Origin: an uncultured SAR86 cluster bacterium
Lineage (GTDB): Bacteria; Pseudomonadota; Gammaproteobacteria; Magnimaribacterales; D2472
Assembly (NCBI GenBank): GCA_902601475.1
Contig: CACKNK010000002.1
Coordinates: 135,739-199,738 of the forward strand
Direction of reading: 5' to 3'
Length of the DNA: 64,000 nt
Positions 19,370 to 27,220 of this stretch are shown here, piece after piece. A program made the position numbers and the translations under genes. Every line of letters begins with the position of its first letter. Within the stretch, counting starts at the first letter, position 1. The notes under the pieces were generated by a model that ran no database searches, was not told where the DNA came from, and saw nothing but the letters and a program-made list of their open reading frames with translations.

Positions 19370-20215
19370 TCAACCCTCACTCAACCAATCATTTACCAAG
19401 TAGGAGGGAAACCAACCATCTTCTCCTTTTTCATGAGCTTCATACCACCCAGAACCACCTTGAAAATCTAGATGAAAATCATGTCGCTCACCTTTATAGT
19501 CAACCGCTCTGATAGTATCTTCATCAAATGGCTTATCTCTATTTTGACCCAAAATACCATCGAATACATTGCAATAGTAGAGCCATGAAAGGTCATATTC
19601 TTCATTGGTGTCAGGATTATCGATAATCAATTTTAGGTCTCTAAGCTTAAAATCGTTAGCTACTTCAAAAGAGGTGTGAAGGGTTCCAGAGGAATAAGGT
19701 ATAACTTCAAATATGACAGTATGCCCCTCTGCAATAGCTTCCTTAGCCCCCAAATGCTGGAAGTCATCGTCACCAATTGGTTTCCAAACACAATCATCTG
19801 CATCAACATTATCTGGAGAACCATATGGAAAACCATAGTCTGTAATAGCCATTTCGATATAGTCAGAGTTTTCAAAATCTTCCATTTCAGTATATTCAAA
19901 CATACACGGGAAAAATGCCTTCTCCTCTCCATCAATACTGGCAGTATATTTGCAGCCTTCATTTCGAGCTGCGATACCATGTGAAATCAATGTAACCTTA
20001 GAATGCTCCTCCACAATCTCTATTGGCTCTCGATAAATTAAACCATTAGCCTCATTTTCTTTTATGCGTTTTTTTTCCTCTTCATCCAATTCAGGTATTC
20101 CAGTTTCCTTAAAAACATTATTAGCATTTTCTTTTAGTAGTTCCTTAGTTGCTGCATCGATTTCGTATGCATAAACTTGGACTCCTGGTGCTTCAATTTT
20201 TAGCTCTAATTTCAT
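19370..20215 (-). CDS. Hypothetical acidic protein (281 aa), last gene of the island operon
   Basis: Long ORF. ATG at 20215 preceded by GGGGA. Asp/Glu-rich. No recognised domain. Confidence 0.5.
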   Translation of the reverse strand: MKLELKIEAPGVQVYAYEIDAATKELLKENANNVFKETGIPELDEEEKKRIKENEANGLIYREPIEIVEEHSKVTLISHGIAARNEGCKYTASIDGEEKAFFPCMFEYTEMEDFENSDYIEMAITDYGFPYGSPDNVDADDCVWKPIGDDDFQHLGAKEAIAEGHTVIFEVIPYSSGTLHTSFEVANDFKLRDLKLIIDNPDTNEEYDLSWLYYCNVFDGILGQNRDKPFDEDTIRAVDYKGERHDFHLDFQGGSGWYEAHEKGEDGWFPSYLVNDWLSEG

Positions 20216-20304
20216 AATTTTTATTTTCCCCAACTTTTAAAATTTAATACTTATTACCTTAGCAGCGATAATATTAATAGGGAAATAAAAAGATTCTGAG
20301 GTGA

Positions 20305-20646
20305 CTATTTAAGATGGATATTGCTACCTTTAGCTGAAAAATCAGCCGCATCAAATTCTTTTTTTTCTATATCATCGCCATAAATTCCAAACATACTGTC
20401 TTGTCCAGGCAGGTAAACAAAAATATACAAACCTCCTCTATTGTGAGCAAAGAAATGATTTTCTCCCCATGCCAACTCATTGGTTTTATAAAGAAAAATT
20501 ATATTTTTTTCTGGATGGTTAATGGGATAAAGGCTGTGTTCATTTCCTAAATCTCCAGTCTTAACAAGTTTTTCTCCGTTAAGGACATTCAAAAAATAAA
20601 CAATGGTGTTTGGTTTTGCATAGTAAATATTGGTTTTTGATTTCAA
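20305..20646 (-). CDS. Hypothetical protein (113 aa)
   Basis: ORF co-oriented with the operon. Only a TTG start is available and there is no clear SD. No recognised domain. Confidence 0.4.
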   Translation of the reverse strand: MKSKTNIYYAKPNTIVYFLNVLNGEKLVKTGDLGNEHSLYPINHPEKNIIFLYKTNELAWGENHFFAHNRGGLYIFVYLPGQDSMFGIYGDDIEKKEFDAADFSAKGSNIHLK

Positions 20647-20668
20647 ATTTTTTAAATACCAAAAATAA

Positions 20669-20905
20669 TTAATGTGCTAAATTAAAAATCACTACAAATA
20701 AGACTCCTGTAGCAAGGACCCCCAGTACACAGATCAACCAATCCACAAAGAACACTTTAAACAGCTTAGCCCAAACACCATCATGAGCTTCATTCGCTGT
20801 GAGTTCTTTTTTGAAGACCTCCATTGCTGCATCTTTAAAAAATGAAAAGACACACAAGAAAGTTAGGCCTCCCAAAAGAAATATAAATGCATTCGTATTG
20901 ATCAT
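20669..20905 (-). CDS. Small 2-TM membrane protein (78 aa)
   Basis: Two hydrophobic helices (AFIFLLGGLTFLCVFSFF and WLICVLGVLATGVLFVVIF). Strong SD AAGGAGAAAACC-ATG. ATGA overlap with the upstream gene. Confidence 0.55.
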   Translation of the reverse strand: MINTNAFIFLLGGLTFLCVFSFFKDAAMEVFKKELTANEAHDGVWAKLFKVFFVDWLICVLGVLATGVLFVVIFNLAH

Positions 20906-21231
20906 GGTTTTCTCCTTAAATTTATTAAAGCTTTAATTATTCTTGAAAGTTCCGCATCAGCCCTTCGGAAATTTGTTTTAGTTAATGTTCTTGCTTGCCA
21001 GTAATCCTCATAACCATCTTCCATCCATTGTTTTCGAAATAATTGAAAGGTCCTTTGCAGGTACTTCTGCAATAATCGGATATCTGCAATTGCGTTAAAA
21101 TTATTCTTTTTTAGCCACGATTCAACTTCAAAAGAATCACTCTGAGCAACTTTTTTTACAAACATTTCTAGAATAGTAGATAACTCAGTATTGATGTTTT
21201 TTAGATCTTTTATTGATTTTGAATCTTTCAT
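20902..21231 (-). CDS. Hypothetical helical protein (109 aa)
   Basis: ORF 7 nt downstream of the HAD gene and translationally coupled to the 2-TM gene. No recognised domain. Confidence 0.5.
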   Translation of the reverse strand: MKDSKSIKDLKNINTELSTILEMFVKKVAQSDSFEVESWLKKNNFNAIADIRLLQKYLQRTFQLFRKQWMEDGYEDYWQARTLTKTNFRRADAELSRIIKALINLRRKP

Positions 21232-21238
21232 GATTAAT

Positions 21239-21820
21239 TTAAAAATTTGTTCTCTTAATCATAGTATCATCAACATGTTTTGGAATAATCCTTATTTTGG
21301 GGAATACCTTTTTGAGCTGAATAAAGCTTTGAATATTATCCATAGAGTCGTCGAACAGATAAGCTGCTTGGTATTGATGAGATTTTAAATATTTACTGAT
21401 AATTAATTTTTTTGCTTCAGCAGTTTTTAGCTTAGCTAAGTTTCCTGCCCTTTCAACATAGATATGATTGATGTCTAATCCTGAGGAGTTTAGGTATTCA
21501 AGAAAAATATCTTTACAATCAAAATCGGATCTTGCTGTTAATAAAATTGTTTTGGAACCATGGGCAGCTTCTTTTATGCAATCCTGCGCCTTTTTAATAA
21601 TTGGATTGATTGGCTGTGACTCATTTACAAATTTTTTTGAGTCCTTGAACTCTGCAAAACAAATGGTTTCATCATCTTTTAACTTAAAGTCCTTTAATTC
21701 TTGCGAGTTTAAATATATTACTTTACCCTCGCTATTTTTTACTTTTGCTCTTGCGGTAGTTCGGAAAAGGGTGTCATCTATATCAAAAACATAGAGAGAT
21801 TTAATATGCCTTCTAGTCAT
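21239..21820 (-). CDS. HAD-superfamily phosphatase (small, capless type)
   Basis: Motif I VFDIDDTLF (DxDxT). Motif II ILLTARS. Motif III/IV K...YLFDDSMDN. Confidence 0.7.
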   Translation of the reverse strand: MTRRHIKSLYVFDIDDTLFRTTARAKVKNSEGKVIYLNSQELKDFKLKDDETICFAEFKDSKKFVNESQPINPIIKKAQDCIKEAAHGSKTILLTARSDFDCKDIFLEYLNSSGLDINHIYVERAGNLAKLKTAEAKKLIISKYLKSHQYQAAYLFDDSMDNIQSFIQLKKVFPKIRIIPKHVDDTMIKRTNF

Positions 21821-22304
21821 AGCTTTCAGAGCTCCAAATCATGTTAAGTTTATTTTTATCAAGCTCCCAAACTTCAACTTTTATGTTTGATGAAAATTCA
21901 AGCGTCAACCCATCTTCGGATAGATGATCTTTCTTATTCCACTGAATTAACATGGCTTTACAAGTATTTTCTTTGGATAAATGTTTGGCTCTAGATTTAA
22001 GATAAATCTTTAGTTGACTCAAGTACTCAATTTTATTTTCTAATGCTGCTTGTTTTGTCTCAATAATAAGGTCTTCTTTTATGCCAAAGTTTTTTTGTTG
22101 AGGTATATAAAAATCAGCAACAATATACCCAACCGGATGCTTTTTATATAACACATCAAGTGAAAGCTCTTTCTCGTAGGCAACTCTAGAATTTATGAAT
22201 TCAACTGCTAATGCAGCTTGCAAAACATTTTCTTTAAATCCTGCACCTAGCTCTCTTTGAATTCGTTTAGAGAGTTTGGTGACGTGTTTATAAAATTCTT
22301 TCAT
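21813..22304 (-). CDS. GxxExxY-family PD-(D/E)xK nuclease-fold protein
   Basis: ELGAGFKENVLQAALAVEF (GxxExxY-like, Y replaced by L), ADFYIP...LIIETKQ (D...E-x-K), YLSQLKIYL. Strong SD AAGGAGGA upstream. Confidence 0.6.
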   Translation of the reverse strand: MKEFYKHVTKLSKRIQRELGAGFKENVLQAALAVEFINSRVAYEKELSLDVLYKKHPVGYIVADFYIPQQKNFGIKEDLIIETKQAALENKIEYLSQLKIYLKSRAKHLSKENTCKAMLIQWNKKDHLSEDGLTLEFSSNIKVEVWELDKNKLNMIWSSESYD

Positions 22305-22339
22305 AGCAAATCCTCCTTAACTGTCTTGTTAATAATTTT

Positions 22340-23752
22340 TTATCCATAAGCATTTACCTCGATTTTATTTTTTATAAATTGCTCAACCCCCTGAATGATT
22401 TTTAGATCTGATGGTGAGGATCTATCTTCTATTAATTCCTCGGCTTCTTTTAAACATGCTGAGCTTGAAGGCCAAGGACCCTCAGATGTCCATCGTTCTC
22501 TAATTAACTCTTGATAATAAGAGGTGAGTTCAGTTGGAAGATCAGATTCATTTTTTTGGGATAAGATTCGGTAGCCAAACTCTTTTGCTCTAGGATCATT
22601 GAATTTTTTGCAAATAAATAACTGCTCTTCCAAGCTCTTTGAATTATGAAATTGTTCAAATAGTTTCTTATCTTCATAGTCGAAGAATTTTTCATAGATT
22701 GTCTCTTCAATAAGGTTTTTCTTTGGCCATTTTCTTTGTTCGGTTTCTGTAGATGCAACAAGAACTTTTTCAATCCAATCTTCATTCCTAGAGTAATTTT
22801 CGGCATTTGAATTCAGCTCTTTCATTGAGCAATCAAAATTGAAGTCAAATTCATTTGCGTCAGCCAAGCCGCTTGATCTATTCAGTCGAATAATTTTGAA
22901 GGGTGATTCAGTAAAAGGTTTTTCTAAAAACTTTGTGATCTCTTCATAACTAAGATTTAAAACTTCATCAACTGGATAGTTAAGGTCCACACATATGGCT
23001 TCATTTTGATTAGTTGGATTGATACCAACGAATTTAATGGGGTATGTCCAAAATCTAGCAAACGGCTGATATCGATAGCCAATTACTTTTGTGTTTTTTA
23101 AAAATTCAGCACAACCTTGTTTTGTTCCCTGGCTCAGAAAGTCTGTTACTAACTTTTCTGCTGATAAATGAAAAAAATTAAGTAACTCGATCATAAAAAT
23201 ACAATCTGATAATGCATCATGTGCATTAGTAGTATCGATGCCGATTCGTTCAGCTACCGAGGATAATGAACATACTGGATGCCCATTTGCATTTATTTCG
23301 AAGTCAATCATCTTTGGGAAGAGCTGACTAACCAATCTGGTTAGCATGAGTAAATCAGATCGGCCATTGCCGTTTGTATTTGTGATGAATGGATCCATTA
23401 AATTCCAAAAGAATTGACGCCTGTATAACTCTTCATCAAAGTTATGACCGTTATAAGTAATAAAAAGGGCAGGGCCATCATTGCTCCAATTTTTCCACTG
23501 ACCATGAATGGTTTTCATCATTTGATAATGTGTTTCTGAGCTAGATAAGGTTTCTATTTTCTTATGAGTTAAATATGCCCCAGGTGAAGGAACCACCCAG
23601 GGTAAGGGAGCACAAGAAACATTCATTGAATCTTGAATGTTGTAATTTTGATCTGTCACCACCGAAGCTGACTGTATTATTTGAATAAAATCTTTTGGAT
23701 CTTTTCCGGTGGTTTCAGTGTCACTAAAGATAAGCTTATTTTGAAATTTCAT
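22340..23752 (-). CDS. sbcB: Exodeoxyribonuclease I-like DEDDh 3'-5' exonuclease (SbcB homologue, divergent)
   Basis: Collinear with my recollection of E. coli ExoI. FSDTETTG (Exo I motif), YNGHNFDEELYRRQFFWNLMDPF (Exo II), GRSDLLMLTRL, NAHDALSDCIFMIEL (Exo III H-x4-D). C-terminal SH3-like/helical region PFKIIRLNRS. 470 aa. Confidence 0.8.
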   Translation of the reverse strand: MKFQNKLIFSDTETTGKDPKDFIQIIQSASVVTDQNYNIQDSMNVSCAPLPWVVPSPGAYLTHKKIETLSSSETHYQMMKTIHGQWKNWSNDGPALFITYNGHNFDEELYRRQFFWNLMDPFITNTNGNGRSDLLMLTRLVSQLFPKMIDFEINANGHPVCSLSSVAERIGIDTTNAHDALSDCIFMIELLNFFHLSAEKLVTDFLSQGTKQGCAEFLKNTKVIGYRYQPFARFWTYPIKFVGINPTNQNEAICVDLNYPVDEVLNLSYEEITKFLEKPFTESPFKIIRLNRSSGLADANEFDFNFDCSMKELNSNAENYSRNEDWIEKVLVASTETEQRKWPKKNLIEETIYEKFFDYEDKKLFEQFHNSKSLEEQLFICKKFNDPRAKEFGYRILSQKNESDLPTELTSYYQELIRERWTSEGPWPSSSACLKEAEELIEDRSSPSDLKIIQGVEQFIKNKIEVNAYG

Positions 23753-24359
23753 TTAATTTTCCTTTTTTATATGAATAGGTTGTTACTTTTTGATCAGCCT
23801 GATCGGTGAAACGCAAGACATCTCCATCCCTTTTGTCTTCGTGCCAATAAGTTAATGAATTTAATCTGCCATCAGGATAGAAGTAAGTTGCTTTGCCATG
23901 TTTTTTTCCAGCTAAGAAGTTGTACTCTCTCCATTTATGGAAATTACTGAGAAAATGAATGAACCTGCCATGCAATAAACCATTGTTAAAATCGGCACTA
24001 ATTTCAATTGATCCATCCTCATGATATGTTTCATAAGTGCCGGTGAACTCAACAACGATGCATTTATTTATAGGTGTTTCATTTGATGGCTCACGAAGAA
24101 TTTCTTTATTATCAATGAGCTTTAAATCCATATATCTACAGAACTTTCCATTTAAATAAAACAAATCCAGCTTGGAATTTTCTCTCAGGACAAATCCAAG
24201 ATTACGATGATCGAATTCTTTATCCCATTCACATTCCAATTCAAATCGAATATCTTCATAATTAGCGTCTTCATCAATCAAATCCTTTTTCTTTTCCAAA
24301 GCTTTTTCACGATCGATGAGCTTTTGTTTGTATTCTTTGAGGTAGATAACTTTTTGCAT
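23736..24359 (-). CDS. MORN-repeat (YwqK-like) protein, first gene of the operon
   Basis: Repeats of the G-x-x-H/K-G...Y...G type: NGLLHGRFIHF, AGKKHGKATYFYPDGRL, EDKRDGDVLRF. Overlaps the ExoI start by 17 nt. Confidence 0.6.
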   Translation of the reverse strand: MQKVIYLKEYKQKLIDREKALEKKKDLIDEDANYEDIRFELECEWDKEFDHRNLGFVLRENSKLDLFYLNGKFCRYMDLKLIDNKEILREPSNETPINKCIVVEFTGTYETYHEDGSIEISADFNNGLLHGRFIHFLSNFHKWREYNFLAGKKHGKATYFYPDGRLNSLTYWHEDKRDGDVLRFTDQADQKVTTYSYKKGKLNEISK

Positions 24360-24383
24360 ATAGATTTATTATGCTTTACCTAT

Positions 24384-24400
24384 ACGACATATAATGTCGT
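24384..24400. promoter_or_regulatory. Operator candidate 1: palindrome ACGACATATAATGTCGT
   Basis: Perfect 7-bp arms around ATA. Lies 24 nt upstream of the MORN-operon start codon (24359, minus strand). Contains a TATAAT hexamer. Confidence 0.6.
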
Positions 24401-24450
24401 CTTTAAAAACATATTCTTAATTTTTGTATTAAAGATAGTAAATTATTGTA

Positions 24451-24467
24451 ACGACATATAATGTCGT
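24451..24467. promoter_or_regulatory. Operator candidate 2: identical palindrome ACGACATATAATGTCGT
   Basis: Identical 17-mer, 67 bp centre-to-centre from copy 1. Ends 13 nt before the WYL-regulator ATG. Followed by TATATGA. Confidence 0.6.
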
Positions 24468-24480
24468 ATATGATCTTGCT

Positions 24481-25482
24481 ATGAATAATGATACATCCTT
24501 ACGTTATTTAGAAATGCTTCAATACTTGCCTGTATATCCTGCTAAAAGATCTTTATCTGAGATTCGATCTCATTTATCGGAGTACGGACATTCGGTGAGC
24601 GATAGAACAATTCAGCGAGACCTTAGAAAGCTTGAAGGATCGTTTGGATTATATTGTGATGATCGGAGTATTCCTCATGGTTGGTGCTGGATGAAGGATG
24701 CAAAAAGGGTAGACATTGCTGCAATGGATCATGCAGAAGCGCTTACCTTGAGTCTTGCTAAAAAATATCTCTCTAGTGTACTGCCTCTTCAGCACTCCTC
24801 TAGAATAACTGGCCTGTTTAAGAGAGCCGAAGCTTTTTTGAATCAAACCCAAAGCTCTGACCTAATAAAATGGAATGATAAAGTAAGAGTAGTGCCTGCT
24901 AGCCATGAATACATAGGCCCAAAAATAAAAGGGGATATTCAACAAGTCATTTATGAAGCAGTCCTTAGAGAAAAAAAATTCAGTGGTAGCTATCAGTCTA
25001 GAGAATCACAAAAACCCAAAAAAGGAATTTATAATCCGTTGGCTATAATTTCACATGGTGTTGTAACGCGAGTCATCTGCACTAGAGAATTAAAAGGAGA
25101 GGCTGATAACTTAATTAGGTATTTACCCCTTCACAGATTTAAATCTGCAAGCCCCTTAGAGGATTCGATCAATATACCAAAAGAATTTGACCTTGATGAA
25201 TATCTTGATAAAGGCGAACTGAATTACTTATACGATAAAGAAATCGATTTGCATTTGGAGTTTTCTCAGAGTGCAGGCTCGCATTTAATTGAGACGCCTT
25301 TTTCTAAAAATCAATCTATAAAAATCATAAAAAATGGATTTATTATTCTTAAAGCAAAGACTCCTTATACAGAAACACTTAAGAGGTGGATTCTTGGTTT
25401 TGGTGACCAAGTAAGAGTATTAGGTCCTTCAAACCTTAAAAAAGAAATTCAAGAAATACATAAAAGATCCATCAAGAAATAG
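24481..25482 (+). CDS. HTH-WYL-WCX transcriptional regulator (BrxR/CapW/PafBC-like)
   Basis: N-terminal wHTH LSEIRSHLSEYGHSVSDRTIQRDLRKLE. Central WYL-type SH3 barrel FSGSY...YNPLAIISHGVVTRVICT...IRYLPLHRFKS. C-terminal WCX LKRWILGFGDQVRVLGPSNLKKEI. Confidence 0.8.
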   Translation: MNNDTSLRYLEMLQYLPVYPAKRSLSEIRSHLSEYGHSVSDRTIQRDLRKLEGSFGLYCDDRSIPHGWCWMKDAKRVDIAAMDHAEALTLSLAKKYLSSVLPLQHSSRITGLFKRAEAFLNQTQSSDLIKWNDKVRVVPASHEYIGPKIKGDIQQVIYEAVLREKKFSGSYQSRESQKPKKGIYNPLAIISHGVVTRVICTRELKGEADNLIRYLPLHRFKSASPLEDSINIPKEFDLDEYLDKGELNYLYDKEIDLHLEFSQSAGSHLIETPFSKNQSIKIIKNGFIILKAKTPYTETLKRWILGFGDQVRVLGPSNLKKEIQEIHKRSIKK

Positions 25483-25506
25483 TATTGATTTTAAGATAAG
25501 AATTGT

Positions 25507-26787
25507 TCAATTTAAGATATCTGTAATATTTAAATCCCTATTCTCATTACCTAAAATTTTTATTTCCAACGGAGAGAATACTTTGCTGGTTTTAGGATGA
25601 TCAAGAAGATATTTATAAGCAAGGGAAAATTCAAAATTTTCAAATTTTTCATATTTTTTTTCCTTCCCTTCTTTTTTGGCTTCTCTAGCAAGTCTTTTTT
25701 CAACTAGGTTTTTTCGCTTTAGACCAAGAAGCTTTCTTGAGTTATCATTTTCTCGAAGCTCCAAACTCATCCTAATTGATGTTATATCTCTTAATGATGC
25801 CAGCACCTTTAATGATATTGGTTCTTTAAATTCTTTCTCTTTTTCGGGCTCCTTGGGATCGTAACTATCTAATCTCGTAAAGTTCTCTAATTTGTCTATC
25901 AGTCTATTAATTCCTCCTAATACGCATTCTTCATAAAGCTTAAATTCAGTAGAGCTTGTTAACCAATAGCTCTGGGCAGACTCTGCTTTTTCACCAGGTT
26001 TATATAATGTTTTTCTAAATCTTGATGCAAGCAAATTCATCCCAAATATTGTTGCTTTAATAGGATTTTCAAAAGCATATTGTTCTTGCTCGTTTTTTGA
26101 ATTCCTATTTCCATAAGGGTTAATTCCATTCAATAATAATAGAGCCCTAATTAATATTGTTCTTTCAACCAGTGCTTGAGGCGTATCATAAATACCATGT
26201 TTGTAGATAAAATTATGATTAAATATCTCTTGCTCTCTATCCTGAAAACTTTTGGTAGTATCTGGTTTTGTATCACTTATGATTTTTTCCACAAACGATC
26301 TAAGATCAGTGTCGTTAATTTTTTTTAATAACAAAGAATCTGGTATTTCTCTTTCATAACTCATCTTTAACAAATCTGAAATTTCCATATCTTCTTTAAA
26401 TGCATTTTCTGCTGATTCTTTTGCATTTTTAAGATCCCAAGTTTTTTTATATAGACTGTTTTCATATTCTTGTTGTCGACATGATGCATATATTGTCCAG
26501 ATATCCTCTAACCATGTGCGAGGCTCATCAAATCGTATTTTTATTTGAGTGCCAACCATGTAATAACAAATATCATTCATTAATTTTTCTTTAACTTGAG
26601 CAAATTTACTGTGCTGCATCTTATTTTTTTCATCAAATAAGTCAGGATTTTCTCTTTTATGTCTAATATTTTTACCCAGGAAATACTCATCAATAATTTT
26701 CTCTATGCCTGCAAATTTACCATTAAGGGTTCTTATTTGACTTCTACAGAATTGAAGAACTGAATTTTTGCTATCATATTTCGCCAT
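25507..26787 (-). CDS. Hypothetical protein (426 aa), no recognised domain, Lys/Glu-rich C-terminal segment
   Basis: Uninterrupted 426-codon ORF with an ATG start, convergent with the WYL gene. Predicted mostly helical. KE-rich stretch LAREAKKEGKEKKYEKFE. Confidence 0.6.
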   Translation of the reverse strand: MAKYDSKNSVLQFCRSQIRTLNGKFAGIEKIIDEYFLGKNIRHKRENPDLFDEKNKMQHSKFAQVKEKLMNDICYYMVGTQIKIRFDEPRTWLEDIWTIYASCRQQEYENSLYKKTWDLKNAKESAENAFKEDMEISDLLKMSYEREIPDSLLLKKINDTDLRSFVEKIISDTKPDTTKSFQDREQEIFNHNFIYKHGIYDTPQALVERTILIRALLLLNGINPYGNRNSKNEQEQYAFENPIKATIFGMNLLASRFRKTLYKPGEKAESAQSYWLTSSTEFKLYEECVLGGINRLIDKLENFTRLDSYDPKEPEKEKEFKEPISLKVLASLRDITSIRMSLELRENDNSRKLLGLKRKNLVEKRLAREAKKEGKEKKYEKFENFEFSLAYKYLLDHPKTSKVFSPLEIKILGNENRDLNITDILN

Positions 26788-26847
26788 TTAATTATTTTAC
26801 ATTAAAATTAATAATTACAAAAAGTTAAAATTATTTATAATTTCTTG

Positions 26848-26876
26848 TTGACATTATTACTAGCAGAGTCTAAATT
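26848..26876 (+). promoter_or_regulatory. Sigma70-type promoter candidate for the acidic-protein genes
   Basis: TTGACA (26848-26853), 17-nt spacer, TAAATT (26871-26876), about 47 nt upstream of the ATG at 26924. Confidence 0.45.
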
Positions 26877-26923
26877 ATTGCCCTCCAATTTTGGAAAATA
26901 TAAAAAATTTTAAAGGAAATAAT

Positions 26924-27205
26924 ATGGCTACAATTAAATATATGCAACTCGAAAAACATCAGGTCTCAGTCAGGAAGGGTATGATCGCTACTACTGAAGA
27001 TTGGGACGGTAACGAGGTAGTATCAGAAGAGGATCTAAGAACTTTTCTAGAAGAAGGCACTACAGGCAATGATGAAACAGACGATATATGCTTAGAACAA
27101 GTCCAAGATTCAGAATGTGTGACTGACAGAGACGAGGATTGGATTAGTGACAGGAAGGGTTATACGGAGGTGGAGTATTACTCAATAGGTCAAGAATTTG
27201 AATAA
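26924..27205 (+). CDS. Small highly acidic protein (93 aa)
   Basis: ATG at 26924 with SD AAAGGAA. Runs of D/E (EEDLRTFLEEGTTGNDETDDICLEQVQDSECVTDRDEDW). Confidence 0.55.
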   Translation: MATIKYMQLEKHQVSVRKGMIATTEDWDGNEVVSEEDLRTFLEEGTTGNDETDDICLEQVQDSECVTDRDEDWISDRKGYTEVEYYSIGQEFE

Positions 27206-27220
27206 ATAAAAACTAACTTT

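Noticed and set aside
24207-24461. 84-aa plus-strand ORF spanning the MORN gene start and the operator region
   Set aside because: It is Phe/Ile/Leu-rich low-complexity translation of AT-rich sequence antisense to a better-supported gene. It has no RBS and would run through both palindromes.
26788-26847. Minus-strand promoter for the 426-aa gene (TTGTAA-15-TAAAAT immediately upstream of its ATG)
   Set aside because: The spacer is short, and the -10 would lie only 6 nt from the start codon. In this AT-rich context many such hexamers occur, so I did not report it as a feature.
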